Assembly: GCF_001194135.2 (NCBI RefSeq)
Contig: NC_068984.1
Span: forward strand, 94,384,780-94,427,734
DNA from: Octopus bimaculoides
Lineage: Eukaryota
Length of the DNA stretch: 42,955 nt
Reading direction: 5' to 3'
Numbering within the stretch: position 1 is the stretch's first letter; each line of letters starts with the position of its first letter. The notes beneath the pieces were generated by a model that was not told where the DNA came from, did not search any database, and saw nothing but the letters and a program-made list of their open reading frames with translations. A program made the translations under genes and the position numbers. Below, in pieces: positions 1-11,599 of the stretch.

Positions 1-164
1 CTAATTGTTACACAAATTTTGGGTAAAACCTCCACTTTTACCCGCTCCCATTGATTGCACCTAGTATAGCACTAGTGTAGCAATAATTGGGTACCCTCCC
101 AGCAGTATACTGGATAGATACTATCCCTTAGTGGGTTGAACCCCCAACCCCTAACTCTCTCACG

Positions 165-165
<1 letters not shown>

Positions 166-222
<57 letters not shown>
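166..222. repeat. (AT)n followed by (AGAT)n microsatellite
   Basis: Directly visible tandem units. Confidence 0.95.
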
Positions 223-223
<1 letters not shown>

Positions 224-959
224 CTAATCGACCTTAACCACCACTACTATCTAACATTAACACCAACACAGCTACCATTAACATAAAAAACAGTGCAATT
301 ACTAATGTTACCAACCCACCCATAACAACAGCAACAAATGCATGAACAAGAAAAAGCAACTCCATCCAAAATACAAGACAATGATATGAAATAATGCAGT
401 ACTCTAGTGTATTTTAAAAGTTGAATGAAATATCTTTGACTTGAACCTAAACAACAATAATAGCACACAAGAACACTATGACCACCATCATCACCAACAA
501 CACCCCCACACTCATTAACACCAAAACCAATACAATTAAAACTCCCCAACATCACTACCAACTCACCAACTTTTGAATAATCAACTGGCAACAACAATAA
601 AAGTATCAGCACAATAGTAATGTCTGTAGCTACATATGTTGTTTGTCAATACAACAGAGTGTATATGTATGTGTGTGTGTGAGAAAGCATGGAGTTTTTA
701 TGGCTTAAGGCTTAAGTCTGAGATGCAAGAGGCGAAATACCCATGACCTGGTAACCCATCAGCTAACTGTAATCATACAGTACTTCCTTCCATCTCACCT
801 TTCACCCTTTCATCTTTCTGTCTCCAATTTTACGTAATAAGAAATAAGACAATTTTTTGCTCTCACAAAACAATTCTTTACTTGTGCTATTTTTTTTACA
901 AAATATTTATCGTTGATAACTGTTGAACACAACCACTGATGGATTTATCCAAAGTTAAG

Positions 960-1971
960 ATGTCTGAAAAGAAACAATCAAGTGGGACTGAAGGTAATTG
1001 TGCATAAAAGAATTGTAAAAGGATTATGCGGCATATTAAACTTGGTGTGGGAAAAAAATTATCCATACTGCTAAAACATAATATTAAGAACAATATGTGA
1101 TAACAGAGTGAAAATTAAATGCTCAAGAATCTACTCCATTAACTGCTCAAACATTATTTTATCACATAACTAATGTGGTGCTTAAATTGGAATGCCGTGT
1201 GTGTGGATCACGGATCACATTTGACATAATATGCAAAGTAATTAAAAACAAAGCCAAAAGTTTGCATGGCAATTTGCATAAAAGGGAAAGTGGAACTTCT
1301 AATGAAAACCCTTTCCTGACAAAATCTGGTTCAAAAGGTTCAAGAAAAGCTTAAATTTGTACAACATAAAAATGGCTGGTGAAGCTGCCATTGTTGATAT
1401 AGAGGCTGCTACTAATTATCCTGAGCATTGCTGAAGGAGGCAACATTAGGGAAACAATATAACGTACTTTTCTTGAAGTACATGAATGCTAGAACTGTTA
1501 TTTCTCATGAACAAAAATCAAAACCAAGGATTTACAACTTTAAAAATTGTAAAAGGATTTACAGCTTTAAAAACTGCCTGATGCTCTTGTATCACTCCAA
1601 AATTTCAAGGCCTTTCAAGAACTTTGCAAAGTTTAATCTACCTCTGAGTTGGCATTCAAATAAGGCATGAATAACTAAGAACCTTTTCAAAGAGTGATTT
1701 AGAAACATCTTTTGTTCAGCTGTAGTCAGGTAAGTGCCAGATATGATATTTTCAACAAAACATTGCTCCTTTTAGACAATACACCAATTCACCCAATGAG
1801 CTTTTTGATAATGTGAGAACAGAATATATCCTCAGGAATACAACTTCCTTGCTCCAGCCAATGGACCAAAGTGTGAAAGCTCACTTCCAGGCATACTATT
1901 TGAGAAGAACCTCCAAACAATTTATAAAGCAATCAACAGAGAAAATAAATGATGTAACTGAACTGCTAGTG
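960..1971 (+). mobile_element. Tigger/pogo-like (TIGD1-type) transposase relic, 5' part
   Basis: Manual translation gives WFKRFKKSLNLYNIKMAGEAAIVDIEAATNYPE (~1327-1425), WHSNKA*ITKNLFKE*F, LLLLDNTPIHP, NTTSLLQPMDQSVKAHFQAYYLRRT and DVTELL, all typical Tigger/pogo DDD motifs. The frame has many stops and frameshifts; the left boundary is approximate. Confidence 0.85.
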
Positions 1972-1996
1972 CACATTGTGCCCAGATTGGCTAATT
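1972..1996 (+). repeat. Left TIR of the RAG1-like element (CACATTGTGCCCAGATTGGCTAATT)
   Basis: Matches the reverse complement of 5481-5502 with a 2-nt indel and a few substitutions. The first 7 nt differ from CACAGTG at one position. Confidence 0.8.
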
Positions 1997-2561
1997 CAAG
2001 AAAAAAATCATATCCCATGTGGTTAAAAATGATTATCTGGTAGGGGCTTTGAAGGGTTCCTCATTTACTCCATTCCCCCCCCCCCTTCTTTTGAGGATTT
2101 GATTTGACTTGCACTTACATCACCCAGCAATGATTTTGTACTCTCTGAAAATTAATTTCCAAAACCAAAATTGAAATTCAGCACTTTGTTGTGTCCATTT
2201 GTCCAACTGCCCAACTTCCTGTTTCAGTTTCACTTTCTTTGTACAGTCTGTCATGTTGCTGATACAGCACTTTTTCCTCACTTGTTTGGTACTTCACTTT
2301 CATATTGGTCATTCTCTTAAAGCTGTTATCAATTGCTGTTGTGTGCCTGCATTCTGTTTGCTTGTTTTTGAAGTATGTGTGCCTCAACAGTGATACTGAA
2401 TCATTACAAGATATTTGGGCCAATTGCCATGGGTTGTTGCAGTTTCATCTGTTTGGGTTGTTCTTTTGACTGGTTTGCATTTGTTTTCTCTAATTTGAGC
2501 TCAGGGTGACAAAGCCAATTTTATGCTGGTGTATTTTCTTTAGGTAGAAAATCAATTCAAA

Positions 2562-4586
2562 ATGAAGTGGAATAACAAAGAAGCATTAGAACTATTTCTT
2601 GTTTATACCAAGCACTTGCCTAAAAACAAAAAAGAAGGGCAAGAAATGTGATGAAGCGGCAAACATGTTCATAGAGAATCTTCCAAAGCTACCCCCAGAC
2701 CATAGGTGCATCAGCATGAAATTCTTGAGAATGTTGGATTCAAAACCTGGTAACAGGAGTTCTCAAAATGATGTGTCTAAATGGAAGATTTTGGTTTTCT
2801 TTGAGCATGTTCAAGCATCAGATTAAACAAAGAAACCAAGAACCAGACCAAGTGTAACCCTTGGTGATGCACCTTGTTTGAAAAAAACAAGGTCGATTTT
2901 GAAAGATGTGATTTGTTGGGTAGAACAATTTACTGAGGAACAGAATGTAACAAAAAAAGTTGCTCTGCAAACAGTAGTCGATGAATGCAATTGGACTTGG
3001 CATTCCTCTGTTAAGTCAACAAAATGCTCAATTCCTGTTGACAATGCAGTAGCATTAATATATAATGTTAATCTTTCAATGCATCAATATCAAATGATTA
3101 GGACATTGTGTCTCCTGCATGGTGTGGTATTCCTGACCAGAAACGAAGTAGATTGCAAAAAAAAGAAGTTTCATACTACTATGTTATCATACTACTACAG
3201 TTATCAATTGAAATCATTGGCGACATAACTAAGTTAATCGATGAAACAGCTGCATCATTGATTAAATTGAGTGAAACTAAACCAAATCATGAAGAAGGCA
3301 GTTACCACTTAATAAGAAAGTTTGGTGTGGATAGATCAGGATCTCACCAGGAGTTGATCAACACTTCTTTTGCAACAGAAGAAACTGCATATCTTGATCC
3401 AACAAAGAGTAATTCTTTTGTGTTGTCCTGTAACTGTCTCCTTCAGTTGTGCTACAACGACACTGTTCTTTAGACAAACCCAGTGTCAAACAGCACCAGT
3501 TTTGCATGCCCTGTGTCACTTACCAGATGTGTTGAAGAATGAGATGTTCTTGCTGTTGAACTTGAACCATCTTTTGAAGTTATAAAGGATGTCTATCAGT
3601 CAAATATTCTTCTTGGTGACAAAACTATCACTGTACATTGCAAAACAGAGTGCTCAATAGTTGATGGTAAAATGGTCTCCCTACTTCAAGTGGGGCATTC
3701 TGTCATCTGTGTCATACATTGTGAGCTACTGCGAACAACATTGGAGTGAAATCTGAAGGTTATGGTATTACCAAGGACTATGCTTTTTGCAATACAGCAT
3801 GGGAGAAGCTGTCAGCTGGGGACATTTTCTATTTGAGTAGATAGACACAAGGACAATGTCATGAGAACATCATCAAAGCTGATCTTTTTTGTTTTTCTGT
3901 TCTTCACTTTAAGTTGCGATCATTGGATTTTGCACAGCAAATTCTCTACCACCTTGTTAGCAGTCAGAAGATCTGGAGTGAGACAGCAAACCTTAATGTG
4001 ATGTAATTTGTAGGTCGAGCCAAAAAATAATGCATTGATGATATCCATTCCAGTACTGGAATCTTAGTGGATTCACCATGTCATTCAGGGGCGGGGCACC
4101 AATACTGGTCCCCTGGCTGATTGGTTCTTAATGCAACAAAGAAGGTGTAAGTTGATGTGTTGAAGTCACTGGGCATAGAGCTGATGATGCACATGAAGAA
4201 CGCATTCCTTAACAAGAAGGGGCAACCTTGGGTGATGTTCATTCCATCTTTCCACTAAATGTGTGTGCATAGCTGGCAGCTCTTTGAGTTAATTGAGTTA
4301 ATCAATTGCTAAATGGAGTGAGAGTCCAGTGGAAAGTTGGAATAAACATGTAAGGTCATTTCCAAGTGGTCCTTCTGCAAGATGTTGCCAGCTTTCAATC
4401 AAGGATAACATCCATGATATCTTCAGAAGAATGTCCATCATGTCACATCCAGCAATTGCTTCAAAACATCCCAGCCCAAGTTGTTCTGTTTGTGGTGAAG
4501 TTGGTCACACAGTTCGTTCTTCAAAACATAAGAAGGTGTCTGCTTTGTCAGAAGAACAATCAAGAATCGAATCACTATATTGCTAA
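2562..4586 (+). pseudogene. RAG1-core-like DDE transposase pseudogene
   Basis: Segments in order: RPSVTLGDAPCLKKTRSILKDVICWVEQF (NBD-like); AVALIYNVNLSMHQYQMIR (cf. RAG1 LAIRVNTFLSCSQY); KFGVD (D1, 3330-3332); L*TNPVSNSTSFACPV (cf. Transib WxNPxPSSTxYCRP); SIVDGKM (D2, 3663-3665); AFCHLC (3701-3712); SVLH (3905); TNTGPLAD; PSFH*MCVH (4253, 4268); WSESPVESWNK (E, 4332-4334); CSVCGEVGH (4482-4508). There are several stops and frameshifts, and the start at ATG 2562 is tentative. Confidence 0.88.
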
Positions 4587-5480
4587 CTGGCCCATGTTAT
4601 GCATATTTATTGTTTGGCATTGCTGTTTCAATATTTGTTGTGAATAATAAGTGATCAGTTTTCACAATTTAGAGCAAATGATTCTGATTTTCTTTGTGAA
4701 TCATGGGGGGGGGGGGNNNNNNNNNNNNNNNNNNNNNNNNNNNNNNNNNNNNNNNNNNNNNNNNNNNNNNNNNNNNNNNNNNNNNNNNNNNNNNNNNNNN
4801 NNNNNNNNNNNNNNNNNNNNNNNNNNNNNNNNNNNNNNNNNNNNNNNNNNNNNNNNNNNNNNNNNNNNNNNNNNNNNNNNNNNNNNNNNNNNNNNNNNNN
4901 NNNNNNNNNNNNNNNNNNNNNNNNNNNNNNNNNNNNNNNNNNNNNNNNNNNNNNNNNNNNNNNNNNNNNNNNNNNNNNNNNNNNNNNNNNNNNNNNNNNN
5001 NNNNNNNNNNNNNNNNNNNNNNNNNNNNNNNNNNNNNNNNNNNNNNNNNNNNNNNNNNNNNNNNNNTTAATATGTCAAAATTTGTCATTTAAAAAAAAAA
5101 TTATCAAGTTTGAGGGGGTTTTACCAAAAATTTGGATATTTCTATCAAAAACTTAAATTTTTCATGCATCTCCAATTTTCTCAAATTTATGTTGGCCTAT
5201 GCACTCTAGGCTGTAGCTTGACTGAAAAACAATAAAAAATGCTCCTAAATAAGTTCAAACAGAGGTTTAAAATCTTTTTTGTAAAAGAAAATATGTTCAA
5301 TCTTATTGATACTAAAAAAAAAAAACCGTAAATTTTGTTAAATTGGCCCAACTTTAAAGAGCTATAAAAATTGAACCATACATTATTTTAAACTTAGGTT
5401 TTTTGTTTTATAATTTCCTGAGTTTAGAGAACCAGAAAATTTGCAGTTTAAACATCTGGGGGAAACTTCAAAAGATGATA

Positions 5481-5502
5481 AATTCCTACTCTGGGCAGTG
5501 TG
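5481..5502 (-). repeat. Right TIR of the RAG1-like element (reverse complement CACACTGCCCAGAGTAGGAATT)
   Basis: Inverted match to 1972-1996, followed directly by TAGAG at 5503-5507. Confidence 0.8.
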
Positions 5503-6160
5503 TAGAGTCTCACTGAGAATGTTTATCTAACAAAGAGTTGATGCTGTTAGAACAAGAACTAAGAATACAAATAAGAATATAGAAACTCCACCAACTTCAC
5601 TTAAATTGACAAAAAGAATATTGTTAAAGGGTTGGCATTTATAGACAAAGGTCTGCAAGTTTTTGATGATAACACCCCTTAATCATGAACATAACAAAAA
5701 TTACAATGAGCTCAGTTGCTACACTGAGCTGTACAAAGGGATGATACACTATAAACATCAAACAACTTTGGATAAGTTCTTCATACCTGAAGTAGACACT
5801 GATGATGATGATGATGAGACAGAAGACAGTGTCTCTCATCATCCCAGTAATGCTCATTCCACCACTACCCCTCTCGCAGTAGTCAATATATTTTGTGGTA
5901 AGAACACACCCTGTTACAATATTACAATTCTTATTTATTCCTTTATGTATTAGTTTTCAAATGTTCCTATGCATACATGTACTGTGTATGTTTAGAAATT
6001 ATTAATTTCATTCATAAAAGTGGTCATCTAGCCCCCCCCCCCCAAAAAAAAATTGTTAGAACACATCTCACTTAATACATGAAAATCAATGGGAAAAGTA
6101 ATTTCAGATTATAGTAAGATATTTAGGAACAAGTTACTTCCATAAAATGAGGAATAGCTG
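5503..6160 (+). mobile_element. Tigger/pogo-like relic, 3' part
   Basis: Reads (L)ESH*ECLSNKELMLLEQE, continuing DVTELL from before 1972, and later HQTTLDKFF, typical of the Tigger C-terminus. The right end is approximate. Confidence 0.8.
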
Positions 6161-6210
6161 TAGTTTCAGAGTTCATAATCATGAACATAAGGGAGTCTTT
6201 GGTAACACAT

Positions 6211-6436
6211 CTAAGTTACGGGGACGTAAACACAGACACACAAGCACACACACACACATATATATACATATATACGAAGGGCTTCTTCCAGTTTCCGTCT
6301 ACCAAATCCACTCACAAGGCGTTGGTTGGCCCGAGGCTATAGTAGAAGACACATGCCCAAAGTGCCACACACAGTGGGACTGAACCTGGAACCATGTGGT
6401 TGGTAAGCAAGCTACTTACGACACAGCCACTCCTGC
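6211..6436 (-). mobile_element. tRNA-derived SINE (octopus-type), head and core, partial tail
   Basis: The minus strand begins GCAGGAGTGGCTGTGTCG (A box) with a GGTTCAGTCCC B box. It is homologous to 32817-33244. Confidence 0.85.
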
Positions 6437-7220
6437 ACCTATTGTAATGAAAATCTTCATTTAATTTGGTAACAAATATATTCAAGGAAATGAACAATTT
6501 TCATACAAAAACTAAATAAATTAAAAACTAATTTCGTTACACTGCCTTAATGTAAGGTTAAATCTCTTTCTCATTGAGTACACTCTTCTTTTAATGATAT
6601 ATATCAAGAAAAAAAAAACAAATAAACAAAACTTAAAAACCACAAGTTTACAACACTTGTTACCACATTGTGCTTTTTTTGTTATGGATAATGATTCAAC
6701 TTCATGGACAAAAGAACCATATCAGGAGGAAAGCTGAAGAAGATATTTTGCTTTTGGCATGAGCTTGTAGATATTGTAAGAACATATGCTTTATCAGTGG
6801 ATGTTGTGTCAGCTGTGAAAAATATTCCATATAAAGTGTTGCAATACATTTTTGCACAGAAGAATACGCTATAACAATTCACACTGAAGAACCTTCTACA
6901 TCTGCTGTTTCTTTCTCAGTAAGAGATGTAGATGATTCTCTTGCAGTAGAAATAGCTCTCAAAAAAAAAAAAAAAGAAAAAACTTAGAAGAGATTACTGT
7001 TCTTCTTTCCCCCATTAGCCTGTTGTCCTTCAATGTTGAATAAACAGCCTGCCAAACACAAACAAAAAAAAATTGTGATTTTTCAACTGTTGATTTATAA
7101 TTTTTCCTCTAAATCTTTCATTTGCTTATTTGGATACACAAATATCAGGTTGATTATTTCAATTGTTCACATATCATATAGACTGAAATTTACCATGAGT
7201 TTTAATTAGATTCTTTTTCT

Positions 7221-7385
7221 TTTATTCTTTTACTTGTTTCAGTAATTTGACTGCGACCATGCTAGACCACCACCTTGAAGAGTTTTAATTGAATAAATCA
7301 AACCCAGGACTTATTTCTTAAACCTAGTACTTATTCTATCAGTCTCTTTTGCCAAACTGCTAAGTTACAGGGTCAAACACAAACA
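7221..7385 (-). mobile_element. SINE 3' tail fragment
   Basis: Homologous to the tail of the full copy (32817-32970), next to a CA/TA microsatellite and an N gap. Confidence 0.75.
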
Positions 7386-7629
7386 CACTCACACACAGAC
7401 ATATATATACATATATATATATNNNNNNNNNNNNNNNNNNNNNNNNNNNNNNNNNNNNNNNNNNNNNNNNNNNNNNNNNNNNNNNNNNNNNNNNNNNNNN
7501 NNNNNNNNNNNNNNNNNNNNNNNNNNNNNNNNNNNNNNNNNNNNNNNNNNNNNNNNNNNNNNNNNNNATATGTATGAAGTAAAAGCAGCTCTAGTGTAAT
7601 AAATATTATTAAATACATATACTTATGTA

Positions 7630-8285
7630 CAGGGTGCAGTGAATAAACTGTCATCTAAATTATACAAAAGTGAAAATAACACTGACATCTCATTTTAATA
7701 GATGTACTTACCAAAATTACATAAAAATATCTTGAAATACTAAAGAGTAAATTTATTCAATAAAATCACCATAGGATTCAATCATGGCCTCAAGATGACT
7801 TCAGAATCTCCTGCAACTCTTCTGGACAGTCTCCTTGTTTAAGCTGGTGAATGCTGCCATAATCCTTGCCTTCAGTTCAGTTTTGGTGTTACAAGGAGTT
7901 TTGTTGGTCTCTCATTCAACTGCGCTCCACACATAATAATCAAAGAGGTTGCAGTCTGAGGAATTAGGTGGTCAGATGTTTGGGGTAAGATGGTCGCAGA
8001 AATTTGTCTGAAAGCCATTACTGGGTTCTCCTACTTGTGTGGTATGGTACAGAGTTCTGTTGCTAGACATAGGGTCTTCCAGCAGCCACCCTCTTGACCC
8101 ACAACAGCACTACTTGATGTCGGCCTCTGTGTTGAGTTTGAGGCCATGTGGGAAGATGAATGAAGGCATAAAGTCACCATCACTAGTGATCACTCCAAAC
8201 ACCATGATGTTGACTGGATGTTTGATTCTTATCACTCTCAGTACATGTTTTGGGGACACAGCAAGCCAATGGTTGTTCCGTGTGT
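7630..8285 (-). mobile_element. Tc1/mariner transposon relic, probably DD37D (maT-like), 3' half plus terminus
   Basis: Minus-strand translation gives NNHWLAVSPKHVLRVIRIKHPVNIMVFGVITSDGDFMPSFIFPHGLKLNTEA, a decayed QQD-equivalent region, then TPNI*PPNSSDCNLFDYYVWSAVE. It ends at TA|CAGGGTG on the + strand. The DD37D spacing is estimated from a decayed copy. Confidence 0.8.
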
Positions 8286-9946
8286 TCACATTGGGAGTTT
8301 GTAGCTTTTTGAAAGTGGTGTGGTGATGGGTAAAATTCTTAAAGATTCAAACTCTCTGATTTTTCTCCATGGATTGCCAAGAAAAAGAATTTGAAAAAAG
8401 TAAAAAATGAATTTGGTGTGGAGAGGGAGAAGATCAAAATATTGAGAATGTATTGTGTGGGTAAAATCTTAATCTTCTATATTACAAACATAGGAATTGG
8501 AAGAAATTTAGGAAAAAAATAAGGGTGGGGCACAAATGTCACCTCGGACATGCTGGAAAGAAGAGGTAAAGGACAGGATTTCTGGGAAAACTTCCTTTCA
8601 AGTTTATATCAAAAATCAGGTTTTTGAATACACTCATCACAAACACAAATTACACAATAGGAAAAAGGTCATTTCAAATGAATTTGACCTATAAATTTGT
8701 GCATGCACACAGCAAGAAATAGCAATTCGTACAGAAGTTTTACCGTGTGTGTGTGTGTGTGNNNNNNNNNNNNNNNNNNNNNNNNNNNNNNNNNNNNNNN
8801 NNNNNNNNNNNNNNNNNNNNNNNNNNNNNNNNNNNNNNNNNNNNNNNNNNNNNNNNNNNNNNNNNNNNNNNNNNNNNNNNNNNNNNNNNNNNNNNNNNNN
8901 NNNNNNNNNNNNNNNNNNNNNNNNNNNNNNNNNNNNNNNNNNNNNNNNNNNNNNNNNNNNNNNNNNNNNNNNNNNNNNNNNNNNNNNNNNNNNNNNNNNN
9001 NNNNNNNNNNNNNNNNNNNNNNNNNNNNNNNNNNNNNNNNNNNNNNNNNNNNNNTCGTTTGAAGATGCAAAGTTGTCAGCTCGGTCATATGGGATCATAT
9101 GATTGTTCGTTAATTTCCGTAAAATTTTTTTTACTTCTTTATGCTTTGAAGAGAGCAGAAATTGAAAGAGAGAAGAGTGTAAAAGCTGTATGTATGTGTA
9201 TATGAAATGGGTGTATGTGTGTGAGGGTAAGAGAGTGAGTGTGTGAGTGGAGGTGTGTGTTGTGATGTATGAATTTTTTTGCATGTACATTTAAGTGGCA
9301 CTCACTCTCTCACACATTATGTTTCATATACACATACATAAATGCATATACATACATTTTTTTTTGTGCATGTGCATCAGAGAGAGGGAGAGAGAGTGAG
9401 TGACTGTATTTCCTTATAACATTCAGAGAAATGGAGGTCTTAATGCAATTTTTTTGGTTGTGGCTTATTTTAATACAATATTTATGCGTACATTTTCATA
9501 AATGTTTGTCTGAGTAGAATTCTACGCATGTGTGAAACATAGGATGAAAGTGAAACATTAGAAGCAAACTGAAATATTGCCCAAAAATTACCTTAAAACT
9601 GTGCGACCTTACCTTGTTTCTGAGGTTATTTTAGTAGTGAAAAGAGTTGTTGTGCCAAAAACATAATTTATTTGGTAGATAGATGATAAGCAGCTTTCTT
9701 TAGTATAGTACAGATGTGACTAATTCGGAGAAACATTACTTTCATTACTTTCATCGTCACTCTCGTAATCCAATACTTTGTAATTTTGGTTCAAACTGAA
9801 AGTGTGAAACTATTTTCACTTTCTAATGAAACCTGGTTGTTGTAGAGCAGTGTATTTCAAATACCTATAGCTGGTTGTTGAGATAATGTAGAAAATATGT
9901 AAATGAAAATAAAGTTTATTTGACATGAGTAACTGATTTGATTGCT

Positions 9947-10200
9947 CTGGTAAGAATAGAAGTCACTAGACAACACCTTTTTGTTTGTAATTGGCTCTCC
10001 TGTTGCAGGTTCAATCTGTGGAATATTGAAATAATACCCATCTTGTCCATTCCACAGAATAAGAGGATACTGGAGACCATCATAAGAGGGATGAGTCTGT
10101 GAGACACATTTAAGGTTGTTATCTCGAACACGAATGAGAATATCATGATTTTCATGAGGATCACCTACCATAAGGATGGCTACATCATTAGACGTGGGCT
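9947..10200 (-). mobile_element. Helitron Rep-helicase fragment
   Basis: PTSNDVAILMVGDPHENHDILIRVRDNNLKCVSQTHPSYDGLQYPLILWNGQDGY contains the Helitron HxSYDxLQYPL motif and is paralogous to 22752-22967. Confidence 0.8.
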
Positions 10201-11599
10201 CATTTAAGCAGCATAAAATGTTCTTTACTATAGTTTACTATAGACATAAGTAATGCAGAAACACACACACTCACAGACACATACACACTCATAGAATTGA
10301 TATTGAAAACAGCAAAACGTACACACACAAAGTTCAAACAAAACAAAATGTAGTCAATATAGGTAAAAAAATATACTTTCTGTAGCATAGTTACGCTATA
10401 AAAAATTTGGGGGGTGGGGGAACATTTCCAAAAGAAATATCCTAACTTTGGAAAGTCACCAATTTAGCAAAAGATATTATGCATCACCAATGTAACTAAG
10501 TACATAAAGTCTACATTTATTTGGAACATGTACTAAATGTTATAAAATCCATAACTGAATGAATGTGACAGTGAAGAAAGTGAAACTCCAAGAAAATTCA
10601 GAAGGCATAGTTCAATTTTGCTTACAAAAATAATTTATTATTTTACAATTTTGAAACAAACTCTGAACAAAGTGTATTCAAAGGAATATGTTGTTATGAA
10701 TGTTAATTAATTTAAAACATTTTCTGAAGGATGCATGTTGCAAGACAAAAATTAATTTGACATAAATTAATTTGTGTGCGGTTATAGGCTGTAGAATAAA
10801 TACTGACAGTGATGAAACAGCTAGTAGGAATACAATAAGGATGCTAGGACTGTTAAAAAAGCATTATCTTCAAATTGGTTATAAGGAGTGGAATAACATT
10901 TCTGTAATTATATTGAAAGAGTTGCTAAGGCTTTCTACTTTGCCAAGTTTCCAAATTTGTCATAATAACCAGAATAACATTTTTTTTTTCAGATATATTT
11001 GCAAATATTGTGAGTACTTTCAAATCAGTCAAATTTTCATGTTGGGGTACCTCAAAGTGAATGCTGTTGTTCATTCAGCATCCAGACCACAACTAAACTC
11101 TTCCAAATCCACGTATTTCACTGTTGGGCAGTACAGTCACATACATATACTAAGACAGACATATATAGACACATATTCAGGTACACCTCAGGCCTATCTC
11201 TGTCCCTGTGTGTGTCTGTCTCTGTCTTTAGATGTGTGTATGTGTGTTTGTGAGTCAGTCATCATAAAAATGTATGTATACTGACAGACACATATATTGT
11301 CACACAGATATACTTCTCAGTCATCGTCCTAACATATGTAACAAATGTGCGAACACACTCATATAGAAAATGTGATGTTGTCATCATTATGGTGGTGGTA
11401 TAAAATGTCATTTACGATAGGTGACTAAAAGAAAAATAATAATGTCAAATTTTTATAATGCAAATATGCAAATGAAAATAAAGCTTAGTTAGCAGCCGAA
11501 AGATTACTGAATCTTTTGATAGCCAATACATCAAAATCAGTAACTCAGTTTTGGAATGCATAAGGAATATACGCATGCATGCACACACACATATACATA

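Larger units (their letters stand above)
1972..5502 (+). mobile_element. RAG1-like / Transib-type cut-and-paste DNA transposon, both ends present, decayed
   Basis: Imperfect TIRs begin with CAC and the flanks are TAGTG / TAGAG (5-bp TSD, 4 of 5 matching). It contains a RAG1-core-like pseudogene, and the host Tigger frame resumes across the insertion. Confidence 0.88.

Noticed and set aside
1979-2010. 12/23-spaced RSS nonamer in the RAG1-like TIRs
   Set aside because: The left end has only an A-run (AAAAAATCA) at a 23-nt spacing, which is expected in AT-rich DNA. The right end has no nonamer at either spacing.
2178-2423. Minus-strand 81-aa ORF as a RAG2-like or second gene
   Set aside because: It has no kelch or PHD pattern, is short and lies on the wrong side of the RAG1-like ORF.
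6660-7049. Possible minus-strand terminal exon (acceptor TTTGTTTGTGTTTGGCAG; GCLFNIEGQQANGGKKNSNLF*)
   Set aside because: It has an acceptor only, a short peptide with no recognisable homology, and no linked upstream exon.
9613-9797. Minus-strand exon-like segment ending AAG|GTAAGG
   Set aside because: The best frame has an internal TAG and the sequence adjoins Helitron debris.
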